Of a stretch of DNA of 38,949 bases, positions 24,622-33,760 are shown one piece after another. Under the pieces are notes generated by a model. It worked only from the letters and a program-made list of their open reading frames with translations, was not told the DNA's origin and did not search any database. Origin of the DNA: an uncultured Candidatus Nitrosopumilus sp. (GTDB taxonomy: Archaea; Thermoproteota; Nitrososphaeria; Nitrososphaerales; Nitrosopumilaceae). Position numbers and translations under genes: made by a program. The stretch covers positions 1 to 38,949 of the forward strand of contig CAJQMY010000008.1 in NCBI GenBank assembly GCA_905479565.1, read 5' to 3'. The number at the start of each line of letters is the position of its first letter. The stretch's first letter is position 1.

Positions 24622-25188
24622 ATGGATAAAAATTCAGAAATCATCAAGACAGAAATTATTAGAATACTAAACGAGAATGGAAAGATTAGAGGTACGGACC
24701 TTGCCAAAAGAGTGATAAAAAAAGTTGGAAACGAGAAAATAGTATATAGAGAAATCAGTGCTCTAGTGGAAGCAGGAGAGATCGATAAAAAAGTTCACAG
24801 TCGTTCCCACATTGAATATGAACTGATAAATCTCTCAGAATCAGTAAATGACCAACTAAAGCATTTGCACAAAGAAGTCAATATGATATTTGAAGAGATT
24901 GCTAATTTTGAAATCACAGTGAAAGAGGAAAATTTCTCATATCATGAAAGATTAAGATCAATTATACACCAGATACATATCGTTCAATCAACTGATGGTA
25001 TAATGAAACTATTGTCATACTATCCTGCATTCAAAAAAGACAAAATGTATTCACAAATCATAAGGAAAATAAACGATTGTTGGGAATCAATAATGAACAG
25101 CATAACACATCAGCCCGAAGGGGACTTTCTTAATGAAGTTCTTGCAAATTTGAGAATATCCCATATCGACACAAAAAACGTAAACTAG
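24622..25188 (+). CDS. winged-helix (wHTH) DNA-binding protein, putative transcription regulator
   Basis: 188 aa. The N-terminal IIKTEIIRILNENGKIRGTDLAKRVIKKVGNEKIVYREISALVEAGEIDKKV fits a wHTH. The C-terminal domain is helical and of unknown function. Confidence 0.55.
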   Translation: MDKNSEIIKTEIIRILNENGKIRGTDLAKRVIKKVGNEKIVYREISALVEAGEIDKKVHSRSHIEYELINLSESVNDQLKHLHKEVNMIFEEIANFEITVKEENFSYHERLRSIIHQIHIVQSTDGIMKLLSYYPAFKKDKMYSQIIRKINDCWESIMNSITHQPEGDFLNEVLANLRISHIDTKNVN

Positions 25189-25478
25189 TCTACAATCTTA
25201 ACAAGATAGATCGGCCTATCTGCCTTGTCTTCATAAATAAATTCCGATAGCTGGACATTTCTGATTTTTTTCTCACTAAAAAAATGAATATACGCACGAT
25301 TATCAGCCGTAAGTAACTCACAATCATTATCCTTGCAAAATGTTGCCAAGGCCTCATCATAATCTCTTTGTTTCAAATCTATCCCAACAACAAATATCTT
25401 ATCATAATTTTCGAGATGTTTTTTAGCATCTTCATTTACTAACCACTTACAATTTTGATCAATCAACACATTTTTCAT
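25185..25478 (-). CDS. PIN-like (DUF5615 / Mut7-C-like) putative toxin nuclease
   Basis: 97 aa. VLIDQN...(D)...ELLTADNRAY resembles the fLlDeN...D...vlvTkDkDF pattern of small PIN-like domains, as I recall it. Confidence 0.4.
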   Translation of the reverse strand: MKNVLIDQNCKWLVNEDAKKHLENYDKIFVVGIDLKQRDYDEALATFCKDNDCELLTADNRAYIHFFSEKKIRNVQLSEFIYEDKADRPIYLVKIVD

Positions 25479-25591
25479 TTTTTTCTAATTCCTGTATTTT
25501 AAATTCAAGTTCCTTTATTTTTTTTTCTCAATTCTATATTTTCATCTCTAAGAGAATCCCTTTCCCTTGTAAGTATTTCATTAAGATCCAT
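25459..25591 (-). CDS. small coiled-coil protein upstream of and overlapping the PIN-like gene; frame broken in a T9/A9 run
   Basis: The ATG at 25591 gives MDLNEILTRERDSLRDENIELRKK. After the A9 run (25518-25526 on the plus strand) the reading continues in another frame as IKELEFKIQELEKNEKCVD*, ending 20 nt inside the PIN-like gene. As assembled, it stops after 28 aa at 25505. Confidence 0.35.
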
Positions 25592-25689
25592 AAATTTGCT
25601 GAATCAATTATTAACTTAAGCGTATCAAGATTACAAAATCATAAATTCATAGCACCATCAAGTACTTATTTTCAATTATATCATAAAAT

Positions 25690-25926
25690 ATGATGGATGT
25701 TAAAAAAGAAGACATATCAGAAGAATCTAAAAAAAACCACATCACATATTACAAATCACTCATAAAAGTAATCTCGGATCTTCAAAAAGAAAAAAAACAA
25801 GAAGGAGAACCGGCAATTAAAAGTCATTTAGAAAATAGAATAGATGCTATGGAGAAGGATAAAAAAAGAATTAGAGACATGTTCCCAGACATTAAAGAAG
25901 AGGAATGGCATGGCCACACCAACTGA
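25690..25926 (+). CDS. small helical protein, local paralog family
   Basis: 78 aa. SKKNHITYYKSLIKVISDLQKEKKQ...RIRDMFPDIKEEEW is similar to ORFs 20063-20269 and 25910-26116. Confidence 0.5.
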   Translation: MMDVKKEDISEESKKNHITYYKSLIKVISDLQKEKKQEGEPAIKSHLENRIDAMEKDKKRIRDMFPDIKEEEWHGHTN

Positions 25927-26116
25927 GAAAAATCACAACAAGCACCTAGACATGCTTCATGACTATAAAATCCATCTTGTAAAATACATCGAAATGTTAG
26001 AAAAAATGGACAAACAATCAGAATTTACAAAAGAATGGAATCAGTCCACGATAAAGGAACGAAAACAGGAAATCCAAGTTATTGATAAAATTTTAAAAAA
26101 TTTAATTCGATTTTAG
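25910..26116 (+). CDS. small helical protein, local paralog family
   Basis: The likely start is the ATG at 25910 (MATPTEKNHNKHLDMLHDYKIHLVKYIEMLEKMDKQ...). It overlaps the end of the preceding paralog and shares the (K/E)KNH...Y(K)..L...I..L.K..KQ pattern. Confidence 0.45.
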   Translation: MATPTEKNHNKHLDMLHDYKIHLVKYIEMLEKMDKQSEFTKEWNQSTIKERKQEIQVIDKILKNLIRF

Positions 26117-26464
26117 GCGTGGTTTTGAAGATAAATCGTATAATGAATTACAAAAAACTTCAAGATGTTCTGAGGATACACCATCAAACCATGCTAGCTC
26201 TTTGTCAATATTAAATCCTTCAAATGCATATTTTGAATTTAATTTTACATATTTAATTTCATCTTGGATCAGTTTAGAAATTCTTCCTTGCATCTCAACG
26301 GATAATTCATAATTACAGGTCATCAAGTCAATTTGTACGAGATAATTCCCGTGAAGCGGGTTTATTTTTGCCTTGATAAATGGCCTATTTTCTTGTTGAC
26401 ATTCACGATAAAATTTATCATACTCAAACATTTTTGAATCGCCAAAATATTTACGAATTGTCAT
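26102..26464 (-). CDS. hypothetical protein
   Basis: 120-aa ORF. I recognise no family. Confidence 0.45.
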   Translation of the reverse strand: MTIRKYFGDSKMFEYDKFYRECQQENRPFIKAKINPLHGNYLVQIDLMTCNYELSVEMQGRISKLIQDEIKYVKLNSKYAFEGFNIDKELAWFDGVSSEHLEVFCNSLYDLSSKPRLKSN

Positions 26465-26495
26465 GTTAACTAATAATTTATGTTGTCAAAAAAGA

Positions 26496-26879
26496 TTAAA
26501 GATCAGCAGATATTTTTTTAATTTTGGTAATTAATCTAATTTTTGTATTAATTGGCATCTCAGGCTCCATTGTAAAATATACGATATTTCTTTTTGTGTA
26601 AATTACCATCTGAGATACTTTTTCTCTTTCAACATGAACATATCGTACCTTACCAAGAGTTTTATCAAATTCTTTTCTCATCGCTCTTCTTTGTGCAACT
26701 TGTTTACAGAAATGCTCTTCTTCTTTCTGGGATTCAAGACTTGCCTTTCCTGTTTTCATAATTGCTTCTCTAATCTTACCTTTTGAATCAATTATTGCTG
26801 CAAATCGCATTTGTGAATCTAATTTAAGAATTTTTTGAACCACATCAAGCAGGTCAACTTTTTTTGTCATCATTTCCAA
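26496..26879 (-). CDS. hypothetical protein, possibly Roadblock/LC7-like
   Basis: 127 aa. LLDVVQKILKLDSQMRFAAIIDSKGKIREAIM resembles the N-terminal pattern of Roadblock-type small regulatory domains. This is a weak, pattern-only call. Confidence 0.4.
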   Translation of the reverse strand: MEMMTKKVDLLDVVQKILKLDSQMRFAAIIDSKGKIREAIMKTGKASLESQKEEEHFCKQVAQRRAMRKEFDKTLGKVRYVHVEREKVSQMVIYTKRNIVYFTMEPEMPINTKIRLITKIKKISADL

Positions 26880-26975
26880 TTAAGAAAAATAGGTTTGGCA
26901 AATATAAGCTATTAAATTTTTCAATAAAAGTGATTTTAAGACAAAGTTAAATTCATTGAAAAATATGTCGATCAG

Positions 26976-27593
26976 ATGAAAGAATCTATTGAAAATATTC
27001 TCAATGAATTAGAGATGCAATCAAGTCTAGAAAAATCAAGAAAGGTAGACGTCATGGCAGAGAATAGAATGCTTGCAATCACTAAAGAAACGGGCGAGAT
27101 GCTCAACATGATTTTACGCCTAAATAATGTCAAAAATATGCTTGAAGTTGGAACATCGACGGGATATTCAACCATATGGTGTGCCGAAGCTATTTCAGAT
27201 AATTTAGGAGAAATCATCACCATAGAGCAAAATCCAAATAAAATCAAAAGAGCAAAAGAAAATTTTCAAAAATCAGGATTGTCAGATAAGATATCAATTA
27301 AAGAAGGATCGGCAATAAAAATACTGGAAGAATTAAATTCTCAGGAAAAATATCAAGGGTTTTTTAATTTTGTTTTTATTGATGCAGACAAGGAAAATAT
27401 TATCAAATATTTTGATTTGATTTTTCCATTGGTATCAATAAACGGAATAATTGTTACAGATAACATGCTATACCCAGAAAAATATAGACCAGACATGGAA
27501 AAATTTTCAAATTATTTAAAAACTAATCACAGATTAAGAACCATAACATCCCCCATAGGGAACGGTGAAGAAATCACCATAAAAATAAAATAA
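26976..27593 (+). CDS. class I SAM-dependent O-methyltransferase (family 3, caffeoyl-CoA OMT / YrrM-like)
   Basis: 205 aa. MLEVGTSTGYSTIW is SAM motif I. FNFVFIDADKEN and GIIVTDNML are the family-3 OMT motifs. Confidence 0.82.
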   Translation: MKESIENILNELEMQSSLEKSRKVDVMAENRMLAITKETGEMLNMILRLNNVKNMLEVGTSTGYSTIWCAEAISDNLGEIITIEQNPNKIKRAKENFQKSGLSDKISIKEGSAIKILEELNSQEKYQGFFNFVFIDADKENIIKYFDLIFPLVSINGIIVTDNMLYPEKYRPDMEKFSNYLKTNHRLRTITSPIGNGEEITIKIK

Positions 27594-29033
27594 CTATTTT
27601 TTTACGCTAGTTTTTCTTTTCACAGGTTTTTTGACGGCCTTTTTCATAACAGGTTTTTTTGCGATAGATTTTAGTTTTTTATTTTTTTCATTAATTTGTT
27701 TTTTTAATTTTTGCTGTTTTTCTTTGAGTTTTTGATTCTTAATTTTAATTTGGGATTCAATTTTTTCACGTTTCTTTTTTAGTAAATCATAAGACTTTTC
27801 CTCTTTTTTGAGTTGTTTAGTTAATTCAATTTGTGATTTTAACTTTAATTTTTCCTCATCAGTTTTTTTGGATATTAATTCTTTTTCGGCAGTAATTGTG
27901 CTGATTAGATTAAGTCTTTCCTTTTTTACACGGATAAGATCTTCTTCTTGGGATTTGATCAATTTCTTGAGTTTTTGAGACTCTGTAAATTTTACTTTTT
28001 CTTCATTTACTTGAGATACAATATCATCATAATCCTGTTTCGTTTTATTCAATTCAGTTTGTTTGGATTTAATTTCATGAGCAATTTGTGCCTGCTCTAA
28101 AAGCCTAGCCTTTTGTTTGAGAGCCATTTTTGCCAACAATTCTTGCTCACTTATGATCTGTTTCTCAATTTTTTCTTGTTCCAATTGTGCCTCAACTAAT
28201 TGTTTTTTTTGTGATAGTAAATCTTTTGAAATTTTATTTTTTTCCAAAGCAATTTTGCCAATTACTATAGCCCTTTCCTTTTTTACTTTTTCAAGTTCTT
28301 CTTTTTGAGAAATTATTTCATTTGAAAATTTTGTCTGAGTTTCAATTCTTATTCGTTCTTCCTTAATTTGTGATTCAAGTAAAGATTTTTCCCGTGTTAT
28401 TTTTTGCTCATATTCTTTTCTATGGGATATTAATTGTGATAAATTGGCTCTTTGTTGATTAATTTCATCAGATATTTTTTCCTGTGTTTTGATTTTTTGT
28501 TGTTCTTTTTCAATGTCTTGTGTGATGTTTTCTACATCTTCAAAAGCAATGTCTTGAGACCATCCTTTTGGCAATACGCTTTTAATTTTTTGTGGAAGTG
28601 CAGGTTTGACTATTTCTTGGGCCGTTTTCGGAATGTTAGTTGTCAATTTTTTTGGCGGTTCTGCAACGATGGTTTCGTCAATCATAGAATGCAATTTGGA
28701 TTCCAAATAATTTGCATCTGAATTATAGAGCTGTTTGTTTTTTGAAAGTGCATCATGGATGGATTGTAATCTACCAGAATCACCATTTCCAGAGTCAATT
28801 AGTTCTTGAATTTTAGGAAGAAGGTCATTTTCTTCAACTGGTTCATCTTCCATAGAAAAAGAAGATTCTAATTTATTTTCAAGATAAATTTTATCTGAAC
28901 GATACAACGGCTTATTGTTTTTTAAAAATTCCATAATGTAGTATAATCTTCCAGCATCGCCGTTTCCATTATCAATTAATGCATCTATTTTAGAGATAGT
29001 TTGGCTGAAAGAAAGTTTTTCTAATTGAGTCAT
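27594..29033 (-). CDS. long coiled-coil protein with a duplicated N-terminal module and a Lys-rich C-terminal tail
   Basis: 479 aa. Two copies of LIDxGNGDxGRLxxIxxxLxxNKxLYxSDxxYLExKL are present. About 300 aa of E/K/Q-rich heptad-like sequence follows. The tail is KKPVMKKAVKKPVKRKTSVKK. There is no Walker A/B motif. Confidence 0.7.
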   Translation of the reverse strand: MTQLEKLSFSQTISKIDALIDNGNGDAGRLYYIMEFLKNNKPLYRSDKIYLENKLESSFSMEDEPVEENDLLPKIQELIDSGNGDSGRLQSIHDALSKNKQLYNSDANYLESKLHSMIDETIVAEPPKKLTTNIPKTAQEIVKPALPQKIKSVLPKGWSQDIAFEDVENITQDIEKEQQKIKTQEKISDEINQQRANLSQLISHRKEYEQKITREKSLLESQIKEERIRIETQTKFSNEIISQKEELEKVKKERAIVIGKIALEKNKISKDLLSQKKQLVEAQLEQEKIEKQIISEQELLAKMALKQKARLLEQAQIAHEIKSKQTELNKTKQDYDDIVSQVNEEKVKFTESQKLKKLIKSQEEDLIRVKKERLNLISTITAEKELISKKTDEEKLKLKSQIELTKQLKKEEKSYDLLKKKREKIESQIKIKNQKLKEKQQKLKKQINEKNKKLKSIAKKPVMKKAVKKPVKRKTSVKK

Positions 29034-29290
29034 TTTGTGATTATCTAATTTGCTATTGAATATAGTAAAAATAACTTTATCAAAAAAATTAACACAGACA
29101 TAAATTTTAGATGATAAAGAAGACTTGGTTTCTAAATGATCGCAAGATAAACTATTTTTCAGTCTAAATTTGAGATAAGAATCAGAATTTTACTTGAATC
29201 CTAGACTTTGAGTTTAAAGCAATGATAAACATTCTACATTAAAACGCATATTTCATCGTTATTTATTAAACAGAAAAGATTACTTTCAAT

Positions 29291-29515
29291 ATGAAAATGT
29301 CCACAGTTATTACCATCTTAGGTATCACTATGTTTGGATTTGGACTCGTACTGTTCTATTCAATTGAATTAGGACAGACAGATCCGGTTTTAAGATTCCT
29401 AAAAAATACAGGCACATTTGTAGGCATTAGTGGAATGGGAGTGGGTCTAGCAGGAATTTTGCTGTATTTGATCAACAAAAACGAACCAACACTCAAGGAA
29501 CATTCAGAATCATAA
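29291..29515 (+). CDS. small two-TM membrane protein
   Basis: 74 aa with two hydrophobic helices (VITILGITMFGFGLVLFY; FVGISGMGVGLAGILLYLI). Confidence 0.5.
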   Translation: MKMSTVITILGITMFGFGLVLFYSIELGQTDPVLRFLKNTGTFVGISGMGVGLAGILLYLINKNEPTLKEHSES

Positions 29516-29632
29516 TTATCATATAGAATCGTATCAGTCACTTGCAACAATTTCAAAGCCGTAATTGAAAAACGTCGACAACAAACAAGAGGACTAAATT
29601 ATAATAGTACAGACCAATCTTAAAAGGGAATA

Positions 29633-30055
29633 ATGGATAAAATTTGGTTGGGAGGCATATATCTCAAAGATGAGGGAGGTTATGAGATAATTCTTAAATC
29701 ATTGAACCATTACAAAAATAGATTAAAAACACTCAATGAGAGTCCAGAATTAAAAGAGGCAGGGGCAGCATTTGGTTCAATTTTAAACCAGCAAGCAAGA
29801 AAAACAATTCCTAAAATTAACGAAATCATTGAAAAAATTCAAACAGGTCTTTGCGACGTACAAATTTTAAATGAATTAAAAGAAGAAAAACAATTTTTAG
29901 AAAAAGCTCTATCATGCTATGAATCAGATATCCACAAAGCAGAGAATACAGGGAATGAATATTTTGTAAAATTAGTTGGAGATATGATTCAGGGAAGAAA
30001 GGATCTAGACATAATTAAAACAGCATTGAATAAAATCGATAATTTTTCAGATTAG
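29633..30055 (+). CDS. hypothetical protein
   Basis: 140-aa ORF, predicted helical. I recognise no family. Confidence 0.5.
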   Translation: MDKIWLGGIYLKDEGGYEIILKSLNHYKNRLKTLNESPELKEAGAAFGSILNQQARKTIPKINEIIEKIQTGLCDVQILNELKEEKQFLEKALSCYESDIHKAENTGNEYFVKLVGDMIQGRKDLDIIKTALNKIDNFSD

Positions 30056-30057
30056 TT

Positions 30058-30288
30058 TTACAGTCCTTGCAAATACCAATCAAAATACGGCAATAGCGCT
30101 TTGCATTGTTTCATTTTCTCCTGTTCGTCATCAGAATCTCGGATTTTTTGGATTTTACCTTGCAAATATTCTGAAATTAATGCACTTTTGAAATGAAGTT
30201 TTATTTGATTTAATACATCAATGATGGTTTCAGGTGTTGCAGACTCAAAATCATTCAAGATATTTTTTATTTCATTTTCTAAAGACAT
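30058..30288 (-). CDS. small hypothetical protein
   Basis: 76-aa ORF, tandem with 30313-30552. Confidence 0.4.
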   Translation of the reverse strand: MSLENEIKNILNDFESATPETIIDVLNQIKLHFKSALISEYLQGKIQKIRDSDDEQEKMKQCKALLPYFDWYLQGL

Positions 30289-30312
30289 GACAATCGGTAA
30301 AATTCCCCATTA

Positions 30313-30552
30313 TTATTTTATAGAGTTTAGCAAATCCTCATCATCCCATGTCAGTCGAAACTTTCCGGTAACTCGAAACATGTGTATTTTTCCACCCTCT
30401 TTGAAAAAAAGTTTGTACGATTTGTGAGATATATCTTCAATTTCTAGACTGACATCTTTTTTTATAGATTTGAAAATTATAGGATCGTGAGATATTTGAC
30501 TCCACTCATCTTCTTCAAAATCCATGTAAAATTTAGTGTACAATAAACCCAT
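30313..30552 (-). CDS. small hypothetical protein
   Basis: 79-aa ORF. Confidence 0.4.
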   Translation of the reverse strand: MGLLYTKFYMDFEEDEWSQISHDPIIFKSIKKDVSLEIEDISHKSYKLFFKEGGKIHMFRVTGKFRLTWDDEDLLNSIK

Positions 30553-30891
30553 TTGAATACCATGAGATAACCCCGAATAAATAACTAGTCAGAATCCTAT
30601 TTATTCCGCGATTCGATTTCTTGCTTTAGTTCACCTTATTTCTCAATTCCTACTTGAAGTGGTTTCCAATAATTTTTCATCGTATTTACTCACAGTCAAT
30701 TTAATGTCATCGGAAATGAAATATTCGGAAATTCTGAACCCAGGTAAACAACTCACTGATGAATCGTCCATCTGGGTTAAATACAAATTTTTAGAGACAA
30801 ATTACCTAACACACCATGAAGTTTAATGAGCAATCATCAAATTTCATGAATCATTCTAACTGGCAAAATAAAAAAAGAAAAATTAATCGCA

Positions 30892-31305
30892 CTATTTTGT
30901 TTGTGCGAAAGGATTTATCCAAGATTGGACAATGTTTTTGTTTAATTCAGCAAAGGCATCAACGTTCTCGTTAAATGTTTTAAAATTTTGAACAGTTACA
31001 TCAATGGTAGTTTTTACCAATTGGTTGTTGACTGTACTTGCTTGAACAATTTGCTTGTCGGTATCAATAATTGCAGTCTTTGCAGAATCTGGAATTTCAG
31101 TATAGATTCCAGATTTTTTTGCAAATTCTTGTTGCACAGACACCGCAGCGTTAATTGTTTTTTGACAAGTTTTTACACATTCATTTTGCAATTCTGTTGC
31201 AGATTGAAAATATTGCGGAGTTAATTTTGTAACATTTTCAAAGTATTTCTGAACATTTTGCTTGTACATTACGAATGCATCGCTGGATTGAGATTGTGTA
31301 CTCAT
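30892..31305 (-). CDS. hypothetical helical protein, possibly phasin-like
   Basis: 137 aa, Q/T/N-rich and helical, with no Cys-rich or TM features. It has a strong promoter (TTATATAC plus ATTACCA boxes). The phasin idea rests on composition only. Confidence 0.4.
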   Translation of the reverse strand: MSTQSQSSDAFVMYKQNVQKYFENVTKLTPQYFQSATELQNECVKTCQKTINAAVSVQQEFAKKSGIYTEIPDSAKTAIIDTDKQIVQASTVNNQLVKTTIDVTVQNFKTFNENVDAFAELNKNIVQSWINPFAQTK

Positions 31306-31325
31306 GAATTATCTAAGTACTAGAG

Positions 31326-31353
31326 GTATATAACTATTGGTAATGAGTGGTAA
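31326..31353 (-). promoter_or_regulatory. promoter of 30892-31305: TATA (TTATATAC) plus two ATTACCA(A/C)T boxes
   Basis: The plus strand reads gtatataa CTATTGGTAAT (31333-31343) GAGTGGTAAT (31344-31353). The TATA is about 24 nt from the ATG at 31305. The boxes relate to those at 7767/7786 and 9833/9852 but are contiguous. Confidence 0.5.
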
Positions 31354-31833
31354 TGAATGCCATTAAATGGTGTATAATGATTAATTCTGGCAGATCAGGT
31401 ATGAAAAAATTATTGTTCAAATGAATGAGCACAGTATTTTTATTCAAATGGACAAGCATTTTGATTCAAAATTTAAACAAAATTTTACATTCTACATTAT
31501 GAATTATGGTCAGTGTTAGTTACAAAACAAACATCTATCTTTTATTAATAAACAACTGCATTATACTAATAAAAAAATGTAGTCGATCTTGAGATTTATT
31601 CATCCTTACAGGGATTTGTTCTTGTAAAATGATACGTCTTATACATAACATAATACTTGCTATATCGAGAAATTGTTTAGAGAAACAGATGTTCTAATTT
31701 GCTACATCTTCATCTCAGAATAGAAGTAATTGCTTGATAATGTATTGGGCACATTTGTAATTTATACGGATCAGACTTCAAAAAAGTATTGATTGTTATT
31801 TCACCAAAAACTAAATAAATTTGCAGCAAATAT

Positions 31834-32933
31834 CTAGAGAGTAATTATTCCATTCTTAATTAGAAATTCTATTCCTCCAACAAAATCATTGTCTGTTATC
31901 ATACCTTCAGTCCAGAGTTTGGCGTTATTTTTTATCCAATCGGGAATTACAGGATTTTGAGAAGACCAACTGCTTCCTCTATCATATATTCAGGAAAATT
32001 ACTATCAAACCAATCCCTATAAACATCATCATTATAATATCTGTCAACATAATGGCGTACATCCTTTTCAATATCTATAAAATATAGTACAGGTTTTGAT
32101 TCGAATTTTTGAAGGTTTGGAATATTCATTATTTTTTGCTCGATTAAATATTCTATACCAGCAATGAATGTTTCATCATCAATTTGATTCTGTGTCCAAA
32201 ATCCAGCATTATCTTTGAACCAGTTTGGTATCTCTAGTTTGGAATTATCATCTTCAGAAATCACAGTATTTTTACCAATCTCGGATTTGGAATCATCTAT
32301 AATTATGGAATTGTAGAAATAATTTGTCCAGGAATTTCTCTTAAAATCCCACATTTTGACCATAAGGACATCAGTATTGAATTTCTGAATAGGCGTAAAT
32401 TTAAAGGCAATCTCAGTTACCTTACCTTCATTTCCAAATGCATCTTCACTTAGATTAGAATCCATAGTAACATTAGATAAAACATTATTTGGATCAACTA
32501 CACTAACGGACGGCTTTCCATCAAGTATTTGCTCCCAAATTATTTCAACATCAGATGGTTGGACTCTTACTCCAGATACTATTTTTCCTTCAGGACCAAA
32601 CATAAGAAATACATGTGTCAGATACGAGGGACCTGCGTTTTCAAATACCTTCAAAGAGATTGTTGCAGGTTCATTTATTTTCAAGATTTGGGAGGGGATC
32701 TCCTGTTGAAAATGAGAAACAGCAAACTCATTACCATTAATCGAAATACCATTCTCAACGTAAACTCGTCCATTATCACCCAGACCTAACGTGGGAGGTG
32801 TGCAATCTCCTGAACACCCACCGCCGCTTCCACTACCATGATTTGCAAAAACATTTCCAGTACTTGAAACAAGCATTATGACAAAAAAACAAAAGATAAG
32901 AAGAATCTTAGAATTCATACCAATCTTAACCAC
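31834..32933 (-). CDS. secreted protein with W-rich modules; C-terminal module frame-shifted in this assembly
   Basis: The signal peptide is (MVKIG)MNSKILLIFCFFVIMLVSSTGNVFA. An internal module reads IPNWFKDNAGFWTQNQIDDETFIAGIEYLIEQKI. After the annotated stop (31947), another frame reads SSQNPVIPDWIKNNAKLWTEGMITDNDFVGGIEFLIKNGIITL* (to 31834). One extra A in the A4 run (plus-strand T4 at 31955-31958) would join them. Confidence 0.65.
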
Positions 32934-33523
32934 TTTAGAAATTGCTCAATCATTCCTGTTTGTTGGAATGCTTGAGTATTTACATTCAACGAAATATTTT
33001 TGGCTATTACATATATTCCGTTTATCTCCTCAGTTCCAAGACCACATGTAAAAGTTGAATCTTCAGAGTCAGACAGATGGTGAGATTCTTCAAATATTTT
33101 TGCCATCACTGGCTCTGAATCTGCCGTATCCATCAACTCATTTAGAATTAAGAAATTCATGTTTTCTTCTAGAGATATTTCTAGAAGCTCAATTAGTTTT
33201 AGTATTGAGGCTTTTGGATCTTTTAGTTTGAACGGCTCTTCATACCCAACATAAGATTTTGAAGGAATTTTAACAAGATTAGTAGGTTCAATGTCGCCCT
33301 TCATCTCATCGGAAGTAAGCAAATCACCGAACCATGTATTTTCTGGATGCACTCCATCATCTGTATAGATTTGAATGTAAGCTCTGTCATGTTCAAATTC
33401 ATATGCCAGAGCATCCAGGGAATTTATTGTGTGTACAGAAACGTCATCATGTCCGTTAAATCCTGAAACATATGGAAATAAGGCACAATTAGAATTTGTA
33501 ACCACAAGACAGTTATGTTGCAA
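32915..33523 (-). CDS. acidic hypothetical protein, co-operonic with 31834-32933
   Basis: 202-aa ORF. Its TGA overlaps the ATG (32918) of the downstream secreted protein. Confidence 0.5.
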   Translation of the reverse strand: MQHNCLVVTNSNCALFPYVSGFNGHDDVSVHTINSLDALAYEFEHDRAYIQIYTDDGVHPENTWFGDLLTSDEMKGDIEPTNLVKIPSKSYVGYEEPFKLKDPKASILKLIELLEISLEENMNFLILNELMDTADSEPVMAKIFEESHHLSDSEDSTFTCGLGTEEINGIYVIAKNISLNVNTQAFQQTGMIEQFLKWLRLV

Positions 33524-33760
33524 CTATTAAAATTTAGAAACATTGCATTAAAAAAAGTGGTACATTCTATAATTGTACCAACTTTTACTATGAAAATAAA
33601 GCACTATGAAAAATACATCTTAATTTTCTTTATTCATAATAGACATGAAGTGTTCCGTTCTACTCTTACCCTTGTTCCAACGCTCAAAGATCTTAGTGGC
33701 ATAGGGTATTTTTTCTTAAATGCAGTATAGACAGGATCTGCACAAAACAACCTGTTGTAG

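Noticed and set aside
27594-29033. Coiled-coil protein as an SMC/Rad50-type ATPase
   Set aside because: No Walker A/B, signature or hinge motifs are present, only the coiled coil and the Lys-rich tail. The plus-strand ORFs 28117-28308 and 28452-28721 inside it are antisense artefacts rich in F/C/L.
30575-30606. 9-bp inverted repeat GAATAAATA ... TATTTATTC upstream of gene 30313-30552
   Set aside because: It is an entirely A/T palindrome in AT-rich spacer with a 14-nt loop. That is too likely by chance to be called a regulatory site without comparative support.
33728-33760. Two in-frame TAG codons in the PolB remnant as pyrrolysine
   Set aside because: The gene also lacks its entire N-terminal two-thirds and has a degraded motif C. 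No Pyl machinery is expected in this lineage. Decay explains it.
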